This document shows positions 30,001 to 42,290 of a stretch of 64,000 nt of DNA, piece after piece. The first letter of the stretch is position 1; every line of letters starts with the position of its first letter. Position numbers and translations under genes: made by a program. Below the pieces are notes generated by a model that did no database searches, was not told the origin of the DNA, and was given only the letters and a program-made list of their open reading frames with translations. The DNA is taken from positions 70,928,001 to 70,992,000 of the forward strand of contig OZ024742.1 of assembly GCA_964016885.1 (NCBI GenBank), given 5' to 3'. The stretch comes from Eledone cirrhosa (Eukaryota).

Positions 30001-33000
30001 TAATTTAAGGTAGTCAGAGATATGTCATAACCCAACTGTTCACATAACTTAAGATAGTCAAGGATGTGCCATAACCCTACTGTTCACATAACTTAAGATA
30101 GTCAGGGATGTGTCATAACCCTTTTGTTCACATAACTTAAGATAGTCAGGGATGTGTCATAACCGTATTGTTCACATAACTTAAGATAGTCAGGGATGTG
30201 CCATAACCCTACTGTTCACATAACTTAAGATAGTCAAGGATGTGCCATAACCCTATTGTTCACATAACTTAAGATAGTCAGGGAAGTGCGATAACCCTAC
30301 TGTTCACATAACTTAAGATAGTCAGAGATGTGTCATACCCCTACTTTTCACATAACTTAAGATAGTCAAGGATGTGCCATAACCCTACTGTTCACATAAC
30401 TTAAGATAGTCAGGGATGTGCCATAATGCTACTGTTCACATAACTTAAGATAGTCAGGGATGTGCCATAACCCTACTGTTCACATAACTTAAGATAGTCA
30501 GGGATGTGTCATAACCGTATTGTTCACATAACTTAAGATAGTCAGGGATGTGCCATAACCCTACTGTTCACATAACTTAAGATAGTCAAGGATGTGCCAT
30601 AACCCTATTGTTCACATAACTTAAGATAGTCAGGGAAGTGCGATAACCCTACTGTTCACATAACTTAAGATAGCCAGGGATGTTCCATAACCCTACTGTT
30701 CACATAACTTAAGATAGTCAGAGATGTGTCATACTCCTACTTTTCACATAACTTAAGATTATCAGCGATGTGTCATAACCCTACTGTTCACATAACTTAA
30801 GATAGTCAGGGATGTGCCATAACCCTACTGTTCACACAACTTAAGATAGCCAGGGATGTGTCATACCCCTACTTTTCACATAACTTAAGATAGTCAGCGA
30901 TGTGTCATAACCCTACTGTTCACATAACTTAAGATAGTCAGGGATGTGTCATAACTCTACTGTTCACATAACTTAAGATAGTCAAGGATGTGCCATAACC
31001 CTACTGTTCACATAACTTAAGATAGTCAGGGATGTGTCATAACCCTACTGTTCACATAACTTAATATTGTCAGGGATGTGCCATAATGCTACTGTTCACA
31101 TAACTTAAGATAGTTAGAGATGTGTCATAACCCTACTGTTCACATAACTTAAGATAGCCAGGGATGTGTCATAACCCTACTGTTCACATAACTTAAGATA
31201 GCCAGGGATGTTCCATAACCCTATTGTTCACATAACTTAAGATAGCCAGCGATGTGTCATAACCCTACTGTTCACATAACTTAAGATAGTTTGGGATGTG
31301 CCATAACCCTACTGTTCCCATAACTTAAGATAGTCAGGGATGTACCATAACCCTACTGTTCACATAACTTAAGATAGTCAGGGATTTGTCATAACCCTAC
31401 TGTTCACATAACTTAAGATAGCCGGGGATGTGTCATAACCCTACTGTTCACATAACTTATGATAGCCAGCGATGTGTTATAACCCTACTGTTCACATAAC
31501 TTAAGATAGCCAGGGATGTCCCATAACCCTACTGTTCACATAACTTAAGATAGTCATGGATGTATCATAACTCTACTGTTCACATAACTTAAGATAGCCA
31601 GGGATGTACCACAACCCTACTGTTCACATAACTTAAGATAGTCAGGGATGTGCGATAACCCTACTGTTCACATAACTTAAGGTAGTCAGAGATATGTCAT
31701 AACCCTACTGTTCACATAACTTAAGATAGTCAGGGATGTGTCATAACCCTACTGTTCACATAATTTAAGGTAGTCAGAGATATGTCATAACCCAACTGTT
31801 CACATAACTTAAGATAGTCAAGGATGTGCCATAACCCTACTGTTCACATAACTTAAGATAGTCAGGGATGTGTCATAACCCTTTTGTTCACATAACTTAA
31901 GATAGTCAGGGATGTGTCATAACCGTATTGTTCACATAACTTAAGATAGTCAGGGATGTGCCATAACCCTACTGTTCACATAACTTAAGATAGTCAAGGA
32001 TGTGCCATAACCCTATTGTTCACATAACTTAAGATAGTCAGGGAAGTGCGATAACCCTACTGTTCACATAACTTAAGATAGTCAGAGATGTGTCATACCC
32101 CTACTTTTCACATAACTTAAGATAGTCAAGGATGTGCCATAACCCTACTGTTCACATAACTTAAGATAGTCAGGGATGTGCCATAATGCTACTGTTCACA
32201 TAACTTAAGATAGTCAGGGATGTGCCATAACCCTACTGTTCACATAACTTAAGATAGTCAGGGATGTGTCATAACCGTATTGTTCACATAACTTAAGATA
32301 GTCAGGGATGTGCCATAACCCTACTGTTCACATAACTTAAGATAGTCAAGGATGTGCCATAACCCTATTGTTCACATAACTTAAGATAGTCAGGGAAGTG
32401 CGATAACCCTACTGTTCACATAACTTAAGATAGCCAGGGATGTTCCATAACCCTACTGTTCACATAACTTAAGATAGTCAGAGATGTGTCATACTCCTAC
32501 TTTTCACATAACTTAAGATTATCAGCGATGTGTCATAACCCTACTGTTCACATAACTTAAGATAGTCAGGGATGTGCCATAACCCTACTGTTCACACAAC
32601 TTAAGATAGCCAGGGATGTGTCATACCCCTACTTTTCACATAACTTAAGATAGTCAGCGATGTGTCATAACCCTACTGTTCACATAACTTAAGATAGTCA
32701 GGGATGTGTCATAACTCTACTGTTCACATAACTTAAGATAGTCAAGGATGTGCCATAACCCTACTGTTCACATAACTTAAGATAGTCAGGGATGTGTCAT
32801 AACCCTACTGTTCACATAACTTAATATTGTCAGGGATGTGCCATAATGCTACTGTTCACATAACTTAAGATAGTTAGAGATGTGTCATAACCCTACTGTT
32901 CACATAACTTAAGATAGCCAGGGATGTGTCATAACCCTACTGTTCACATAACTTAAGATAGCCAGGGATGTTCCATAACCCTATTGTTCACATAACTTAA

Positions 33001-36000
33001 GATAGCCAGCGATGTGTCATAACCCTACTGTTCACATAACTTAAGATAGTTTGGGATGTGCCATAACCCTACTGTTCCCATAACTTAAGATAGTCAGGGA
33101 TGTACCATAACCCTACTGTTCACATAACTTAAGATAGACAGGGATGTGTCATAACCCTACTGTTCACATAACTTAAGATAGCCAGGGATGTGTCATAACC
33201 CTACTGTTCACATAACTTAAGATAGCCAGGGATGTGTCATAACGCTACTGTTCACATATCTTAAGATAGCCAGGGATGTGTCATAACCCTACTGTTCACA
33301 TAACTTAAGATAGCCAGGGATATGCAATAACCCTATTGTTCACATAACTTAAGATAGTCAGGGATGTGCCATAACCCAACTGTTTACATAACTTAAGATA
33401 GTCAGGGATGTGTCATAACCCTACTGTTCACATAACTTAAGATAGTCAGGGATTTGTCATAACCCTACTGTTCACATAACTTAAGATTGTCAGGGATGTG
33501 TCATAACCCTACTGTTCACATAACTTAAGATAGTCAGGGATGTGCCATAACCCTAATGTTCACATAACTTAAGATAGTCAGGGATGTACCATAACCCTAC
33601 TGTTCACATAACTTAAGATAGTTAGGGATGTGCCATAACTCTACTGTTTACATAACTTAAGATAGCCAGGGATGTGTCATAACCCTACTGTTCACATAAC
33701 TTAAGATAGTCAGGGATGTGCCATAACCCAACTGTTTACATAACTTAAGATAGTCAGGGATGTGTCATAACCCTACTGTTCACATAACTTAAGATAGTCA
33801 GCGATGTGTCATAACCCTACTGTTCACATAACTTAAGATAGCCAGGGATGTGTCATAACCCTACTGTTCACATAACTTAAGATAGTCAGGGATGTGCCAT
33901 AACCCTAATGTTCACATAACTTAAGATAGTCAGCGATGTACCATAACCCTACTGTTCACATAACTTAAGATAGTTAGGGATGTGCCATAACTCTACTGTT
34001 TACATAACTTAAGATAGCCGGGGATGTGTCATAACCCTACTGTTCACATAACTTATGATAGCCAGCGATGTGTTATAACCCTACTGTTCACATAACTTAA
34101 GATAGCCAGGGATGTCCCATAACCCTACTGTTCACATAACTTAAGATAGTCATGGATGTATCATAACTCTACTGTTCACATAACTTAAGATAGCCAGGGA
34201 TGTACCACAACCCTACTGTTCACATAACTTAAGATAGTCAGGGATGTGCGATAACCCTACTGTTCACATAACTTAAGGTAGTCAGAGATATGTCATAACC
34301 CTACTGTTCACATAACTTAAGATAGTCAGGGATGTGTCATAACCCTACTGTTCACATAATTTAAGGTAGTCAGAGATATGTCATAACCCTACTGTTCACA
34401 TAACTTAAGATAGTCAAGGATGTGCCATAACCCTACTGTTCACATAACTTAAGATAGTCAGGGATGTGTCATAACCCTTTTGTTCACATAACTTAAGATA
34501 GTCAGGGATGTGTCATAACCGTATTGTTCACATAACTTAAGATAGTCAGGGATGTGCCATAACCCTACTGTTCACATAACTTAAGATAGTCAAGGATGTG
34601 CCATAACCCTATTGTTCACATAACTTAAGATAGTCAGGGAAGTGCGATAACCCTACTGTTCACATAAGTTAAGATAGTCAGAGATGTGTCATACCCCTAC
34701 TTTTCACATAACTTAAGATAGTCAAGGATGTGCCATAACCCTACTGTTCACATAACTTAAGATAGTCAGGGATGTGCCATAATGCTACTGTTCACATAAC
34801 TTAAGATAGTCAGGGATGTGCCATAACCCTACTGTTCACATAACTTAAGATAGTCAGGGATGTGTCATAACCCTTTTGTTCACATAACTTAAGATAGTCA
34901 GGGATGTGTCATAACCGTATTGTTCACATAACTTAAGATAGTCAGGGATGTGCCATAACCCTACTGTTCACATAACTTAAGATAGTCAAGGATGTGCCAT
35001 AACCCTATTGTTCACATAACTTAAGATAGTCAGGGAAGTGCGATAACCCTACTGTTCACATAACTTAAGATAGCCAGGGATGTTCCATAACCCTACTGTT
35101 CACATAACTTAAGATAGTCAGATGTGTCATACTCCTACTTTTCACATAACTTAAGATTATCAGCGATGTGTCATAACCCTACTGTTCACATAACTTAAGA
35201 TAGTCAGGGATGTGCCATAACCCTACTGTTCACACAACTTAAGATAGCCAGGGATGTGTCATACCCCTACTTTTCACATAACTTAAGATAGTCAGCGATG
35301 TGTCATAACCCTACTGTTCACATAACTTAAGATAGTCAGGGATGTGTCATAACTCTACTGTTCACATAACTTAAGATAGTCAAGGATGTGCCATAACCCT
35401 ACTGTTCACATAACTTAAGATAGTCAGGGATGTGTCATAACCCTACTGTTCACATAACTTAATATTGTCAGGGATGTGCCATAATGCTACTGTTCACATA
35501 ACTTAAGATAGTTAGAGATGTGTCATAACCCTACTGTTCACATAACTTAAGATAGCCAGGGATGTGTCATAACCCTACTGTTCACATAACTTAAGATAGC
35601 CAGGGATGTTCCATAACCCTATTGTTCACATAACTTAAGATAGCCAGCGATGTGTCATAACCCTACTGTTCACATAACTTAAGATAGTTTGGGATGTGCC
35701 ATAACCCTACTGTTCCCATAACTTAAGATAGTCAGGGATGTACCATTACCCTACTGTTCACATAACTTAAGATAGACAGGGATGTGTCATAACCCTACTG
35801 TTCACATAACTTAAGATAGCCAGGGATGTGTCATAACCCTACTGTTCACATAACTTAAGATAGCCAGGGATGTGTCATAACGCTACTGTTCACATATCTT
35901 AAGATAGCCAGGGATGTGTCATAACCCTACTGTTCACATAACTTAAGATAGCCAGGGATATGCAATAACCCTATTGTTCACATAACTTAAGATAGTCAGG

Positions 36001-39000
36001 GATGTGCCATAACCCAACTGTTTACATAACTTAAGATAGTCAGGGATGTGTCATAACCCTACTGTTCACATAACTTAAGATAGTCAGGGATTTGTCATAA
36101 CCCTACTGTTCACATAACTTAAGATTGTCAGGGATGTGTCATAACCCTACTGTTCACATAACTTAAGATAGTCAGGGATGTGCCATAACCCTAATGTTCA
36201 CATAACTTAAGATAGTCAGGGATGTACCATAACCCTACTGTTCACATAACTTAAGATAGTTAGGGATGTGCCATAACTCTACTGTTTACATAACTTAAGA
36301 TAGCCAGGGATGTGTCATAACCCTACTGTTCACATAACTTAAGATAGTCAGGGATGTGCCATAACCCTATTGTTCACATAACTTATGATAGCCAGCGATG
36401 TGTTATAACCCTACTGTTCACATAACTTAAGATAGCCAGCGATGTGCCATAATCCTACTGTTCACACAACTTAAGATAGTCAGGGATGTGCCATAACCTT
36501 ACTGTTCACATAACTTAAGATTGTCAGGGATGTGTCATAACCCTACTGTTCGCATAACTTAAGATAGTCAGGGATGTGCCATAACCTTACTGTTCACATA
36601 ACTTAAGATAGTCAGCAATGTGTCGTAACCCTTCTGTTCACATAACTTTAGATAGTCAGGGATGTGCCATAACCCTACTGTTCACATAACTTAAGATAGT
36701 CATGGATGTATCATAACCCTACTGTTCACATAACTTAAGATGGTCAGGGATGTGTGATAACCCTACTGTTCACATAACTTAAGATTGCCAGGGATGTACC
36801 ACAACCCTACTGTTCACATAACTTAAGATAGTCAGGGATGTGCGATAACCCTACTGTTCACATAACTTAAGATAGAGATGTGTCGTAACCCTACTGTTCA
36901 CATAACTTAAGATAGTCAGGGATGTGCCATAACCCTATTGTTCACATAACTTAAGGTAGTCAGAGATATGTCATAACCCTACTGTTCACATAACTTAAGA
37001 TAGTCAGGGATGTGTCATAACCCTACTGTTCACATAACTTAAGATAGTCAGGGATGTGCCATAACCCTACTGTTCACATAACTTAAGATAGTCAGGGATG
37101 TGCCATAACCCTACTGTTCACATAACTTAAGATAGTCAGGGATGTGTCATAACCCTTTTGTTCACATAACTTAAGATAGTCAGGGATGTGTCATAACCGT
37201 ATTGTTCACATAACTTAAGATAGTCAGGGATGTGCCATAACCCTACTGTTCACATAACTTAAGATAGTCAGGGAAGTGCGATAACCCTACTGTTCACATA
37301 ACTTAAGATAGAGATGTGTCATAACCCTACTGTTCACATAACTTAAGATAGTCAGAGATGTGTCATACCCCTACTTTTCACATAACTTAAGATAGTCAAG
37401 GATGTGCCATAACCCTACTGTTCACATAACTTAAGATAGCCAGGGATGTGTCATAACCCTACTGTTCACATAACTTAAGATAGTCAGGGATGTGCCATAA
37501 TGCTACTGTTCACATAACTTAAGATAGTCAGGGATGTGCCATAACCCTACTGTTCACATAACTTAAGATAGTCAGGGATGTGTCATAACCCTTTTGTTCA
37601 CATAACTTAAGATAGTCAGGGATGTGTCATAACCGTATTGTTCACATAACTTAAGATAGTCAGGGATGTGTCATAACCGTATTGTTCACATAACTTAAGA
37701 TAGTCAGGGATGTGCCATAACCCTACTGTTCACATAACTTAAGATAGTCAGGGAAGTGCGATAACCCTACTGTTCACATAACTTAAGATAGAGATGTGTC
37801 ATAACCCTACTGTTCACATAACTTAAGATAGTCAGAGATGTGTCATACCCCTACTTTTCACATAACTTAAGATAGTCAAGGATGTGCCATAACCCTACTG
37901 TTCACATAACTTAAGATAGCCAGGGATGTGTCATAACCCTACTGTTCACATAACTTAAGATAGTCAGGGATGTGCCATAATGCTACTGTTCACATAACTT
38001 AAGATAGTCAGGGATGTGCCATAACCCTACTGTTCACATAACTTAAGATAGTCAGGGATGTGTCATAACCCTTTTGTTCACATAACTTAAGATAGTCAGG
38101 GATGTGTCATAACCGTATTGTTCACATAACTTAAGATAGTCAGGGATGTGCCATAACCCTACTGTTCACATAACTTAAGATAGTCAAGGATGTGCCATAA
38201 CCCTATTGTTCACATAACTTAAGATAGTCAGGGAAGTGCGATAACCCTACTGTTCACATAACTTAAGATAGAGATGTGTCATAACCCTACTGTTCACATA
38301 ACGTAAGATAGCCAGGGATGTTCCATAACCCTACTGTTCACATAACTTAAGATAGTCAGAGATGTGTCATACTCCTACTTTTCACATAACTTAAGATAGA
38401 CAGGGATGTGCCATAACCCTACTGTTCACACAACTTAAGATAGCCAGGGATGTGTCATACCCCTACTTTTCACATAACTTAAGATAGTCAGCGATGTGTC
38501 ATAACCCTACTGTTCACATAACTTAAGATAGTCAGGGATGTGTCATAACTCTACTGTTCACATAACTTAAGATAGTCAAGGATGTGCCATAACCCTACTG
38601 TTCACATAACTTAAGATAGTCAGCGATGTGTCATAACCCTACTGTTCACATAACTTAAGATAGCCAGGGATGTGTCATAACCCTACTGTTCACATAACTT
38701 AAGATAGCCAGGGATGTTCCATAACCCTATTGTTCACATAACTTAAGATAGCCAGGGATGTGTCATAACCCTACTGTTCACATAACTTAAGATAGCCAGG
38801 GATGTGCCATAACCCTACTGTTCACATAACTTAAGATAGTCAGGGATGTGTCATAACCCTACTGTTCACATAACTTAAGATAGCCAGGGATGTGGCATAT
38901 CCCTACTATTCACATAACTTAAGATAGTCATGGATGTGTCATAACCCTACTGTTCACTTAACTTAAGATAGCCAGGGATGTGCCATAACCCTACTGTTCA

Positions 39001-39445
39001 CATAACATAAGATAGTCAAGGATGTGCCATCACACTACTGTTCACATAACTTAAGATAGCCAGGGATGTGCCATAACCCTACTGTTCACATAACTTCAGA
39101 TAGCCAGGGATGTGTCATAACCCTACTGTTCACATAACATAAGATAGTCAAGGATGTGCCATCACACTACTGTTCACATAACTTAAGATAGCTAGGGATG
39201 TGCCATAACCCTACTGTTCACATAACTTAAGATAGTCAGGGATGTGCCATAACCCTACTGTTCACATAACTTAAGATAGTCAGGGATGTGCCATAACCCT
39301 CCTGTTCACATAACTTAAGATAGTCAGGGATGTGTCATAACCCTACTGTTCACATAACTTAAGATAGTCAGGGATGTGTCATAACCCTACTGTTCACATA
39401 ACTTAAGATAGTTTGGGATGTGTCATAACCCTACTGTTCACATAA
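1..39445. repeat. 44-bp tandem satellite/minisatellite array, about 896 copies, truncated by the window start
   Basis: Unit GTGTCATAACCCTACTGTTCACATAACTTAAGATAGTCAGGGAT starts at 1, 45, 89 and so on, with no spacers or insertions seen. Units carry few substitutions, and some are 40-43 bp deletion variants. The last partial unit ends ...TTCACATAA at 39445. The ORF track lists no ORF in the array. Confidence 0.99.
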
Positions 39446-39524
39446 GTTTTTCACTCAACTCATCTTTGCTTCATCATTTATGTGCATTAATATTAAATGT
39501 ATATATTTTGTTTGTTTTTTTCAG

Positions 39525-39673
39525 ATATACCTAGACACAGGATGTTATCTTGTGGTAATTTTGACCTGCAGCTGTATTGCAGTGATTCTGAGCATTATTT
39601 TTTTCTTCTTCAACCATATCATGGAACCTATACATACTATGCCTATGACAAAGACAAGTATATCCTGAAATAA
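39525..39673 (+). CDS. Putative terminal coding exon of an unidentified upstream gene
   Basis: Strong acceptor TTTTGTTTGTTTTTTTCAG ends at 39524. Two frames are open: IPRHRMLSCGNFDLQLYCSDSEHYFFLLQPYHGTYTYYAYDKDKYILK* (39527-39673) and IYLDTGCYLVVILTCSCIAVILSIIFFFFNHIMEPIHTMPMTKTSIS* (39525-39668). An AT-rich UTR-like stretch with AATAAA motifs follows. No homology recognised. Confidence 0.45.
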
Positions 39674-39914
39674 ATTTTAAAGGCTTAAACCCCAAGATAA
39701 AATCTCACATTGATTTATATGAATTGAAATATCAACATAGAACCCCCACATTGCTTTTCCATTGCAAGTTTCATGTAAAAATAACCTAATTCTTAGATTA
39801 TGACACCAAAAGACTTTTTCTTTTTAAGATATATTTTTAAAATAAATGAAAAAAAAAATATCGTTTTGATATTTCTTTTTATTTGAAATAAATTTTCTGT
39901 CGTCAAATAATAAA
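39669..39914 (+). terminator. Candidate polyadenylation signals of the putative upstream gene
   Basis: AATAAA at 39669, 39841, 39887 and 39909, with T-rich sequence downstream. Weak evidence in AT-rich DNA. Confidence 0.3.
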
Positions 39915-40689
39915 ATGCAGATTTATACGTTTTCTGTAATAAGTTTTATAAATTAATGTTTGAGTTTACTGTCAATTGTAATATAAGAATCGTCGGATGA
40001 TTTGGAACTTTCAGATAATCTCCCCTTGAATTCAAGACCCTTATCTAGTTAAAGCGAGATCTTTCTTTGAATCAAACATTTAGATTTCCAGCTACTTTTA
40101 TAACACTTGTAGCCATAGTATATAGTTTTCAGTTTAGATTTAACAAGTTCAAGATTATTTTTGATGCTTTATTATTAGATTGCAACAATGCATTAATATA
40201 TTTGGTAAACTTAAACACATAATGTTGAATACAAGGCTAGTGTGCTGAAGAAAATAGTTGTCTTACATTGTTGTTGTTACTGAGTTTTAGTTTAGCCTTG
40301 ATCAACTAAACCTATAGACAGAAACATTCCAAGATGAACATCCTATAAATTTTTCTTTTAGTTGTTGTTCAAACACTATATCATCATTGTCATTTTAACA
40401 TTCACTTTCCCTGCTAGCAAGTGTTGGATGGGTCCATATAGACCTAGTCGCTATTGAATGGAGTCACTGATCTCCCTGTGCATGTATGAGGTTGTCATGC
40501 CCTTGACAGATCATATTAACCAATATGTTTTTTGTTTATTTTTTAGATGGTGGGGTGTGATATAAGAGAGATTTTACTGCTGTTTCTAACAGGCTGAGTG
40601 ACTATGTAGAAATTAGTTGATTGGGTGTTTATCTAGTTTGCAGATTGAAGCTAATGATGGTGTTGGGTTTAAGGAAATTCAAACATGAC

Positions 40690-40880
40690 CAAATGGTTAA
40701 GAAGTTTACTTTGCATCATTGTCTTGGATTCAATCCCACTGGGTGACATCGTGGGCAAGAGTCTTTACCATAGCTTCAAGTCAACCCAAGTTTTGTGAGT
40801 GAAATCCAGTAGGCAGAGACTGTGTAGAAGCCCATTGAATGAATTGTAGCTGTAATTCAAAGGTCTAGCATTGTTACCTA
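40690..40880 (+). mobile_element. Decayed tRNA-derived SINE (octopus OR-like)
   Basis: A/B-box remnants (TGGTTAAGAAG ... GGATTCAATCCC) followed by a GTGGGCAAGAGTCTTTAC core-like motif and GAAGCCC. Recognised by eye. Confidence 0.55.
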
Positions 40881-41294
40881 TTGTTTTGAGTTGATTCAAC
40901 AACAGACTTGTTATTGTCAAAACGAACATAGGAGTATCTATTATCAGTGTTGGAAGTTTGTAGTAACTGAATAGTTTTAGGGTCTACTACTAAATAGTTT
41001 TTATATTTTTGCATTTTTTGTTTACCCTTTTGATAGCAACCCACCTAAAACTGCCCTTTCTTCTATGAAAAAAACAAAACCACTCATTTGAAAGGAATAC
41101 AATCTATATGCTACTAAAACTCTGTGATTGCTTGCTTGTCTGTAATGTAATACAGCCAAAAGGGCACATAATGGGAAAATACTTTGAAAGGAAGTTGACC
41201 CTGAAATGGGAATACAAATGGAATAAAACAAGTTTTGCGTAAATCAGTGCACGGGTTCCTGAGATATGGGGTTTTCTGGGTACCTTCATAAATA

Positions 41295-41433
41295 AAGAGA
41301 GAGAAGGATAGAGAGAAAGAGATAGGGGCTGTGAGAGAGTAGATTGAAAGAGAAACATAGGGAGGGAGAGAAGAGACAGAGAAGGAGAATGGAAGAGAGA
41401 GAGCTGGTGGTGGTGGTGGTGGTGGTGTGTGTG

Positions 41434-41469
<36 letters not shown>

Positions 41470-41535
41470 CGTCTATGACCAGTGTATATAGATCAGACAC
41501 CCACATATATATATATACACACACACAGACACACA
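41295..41535. repeat. Compound microsatellite: GA-rich, (GGT)n, (GT)n, (TA)n, (CA)n
   Basis: Directly visible low-complexity tracts. Confidence 0.95.
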
Positions 41536-42290
41536 ATGAAAGGCAGACTGTTTGATGTGTGTATACGAACAGCAATGTTACATGGTAGTGAGACCTGGGA
41601 GCTGAATGTGGAAGACTTGCGTAGATTAGAAAGAAACGAAGCCTGCATGCTCCAATGGATGTGTAATAGTAATATACGCAAACGGCAAAGCATAAATGAA
41701 TTGAGAGAGAGACTGAGCATAAGAGGAATCAAATGCTGTGTGCAGGAGAGGCGGTTGCGTTGGTATGGACATGTGATGTGTATGAAGGATGACAGCTGCA
41801 TAAAAAGGTGCAGAGCACTAGAAGTCGATGGAAACTGCGGAGTGGGGAGACCCAAGAAGACCTGGGATGAGGTGATAAAAGCCGATCTTACCCAATTACA
41901 CCTCTCAAAGGCGATGACAAATGACCGTGACCTCTGGCGTCGCGCAGAAATACAGAATACCCCCCACGGGTACAAGTCGAAGCTGAAGCATATAGACAAT
42001 ATGCCCCCACACCCTCCCACTGCAAAGTGGTCGTGGAGGTTCCATGGCAAAAAAGCACCCAGCCCACACTGTAAAGTGGACGTGTAGGCGCCACGGCAAA
42101 AAAGCACCCAGCACTCACTGTAAATGAGGTTGGTGTTAGGAAGGTCATCCAGCTGTAGAAATCAAGCCAAAATCTGTTCCTTTATGAGCAAGACAAGGTC
42201 TGCCGACTGGACACAGCTCACAACAGGACAACCCCTCTAACCCATGCTAGTGTGGAAGAATTGACGTAAAACGGTGATGATGATGATGAC
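41536..42290 (+). mobile_element. 5'-truncated RTE-clade LINE (ORF C-terminus, 3' UTR, (GAT)n tail)
   Basis: ORF 41482..42087 contains AMLHGSETW, RRLRWYGHVM and GRPKKTWDEVIKAD, typical RTE C-terminal motifs. It ends ACGTAAAACGGTGATGATGATGATG and sits in a CA/TA microsatellite. Confidence 0.92.

Noticed and set aside
1-39445. CRISPR-like array (partly palindromic repeat of CRISPR-like length)
   Set aside because: Units are head-to-tail with no unique spacers, there are no cas genes, and the context is eukaryotic with spliced genes.
1-39445. Coding tandem repeat
   Set aside because: The 44-bp period is not a multiple of 3, units contain several TAA/TAG triplets, and the ORF track lists nothing here.
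41022-42148. Minus-strand ORFs of 69-204 aa
   Set aside because: They are translations of microsatellites or antisense shadows of the RTE ORF, with no independent protein motifs.
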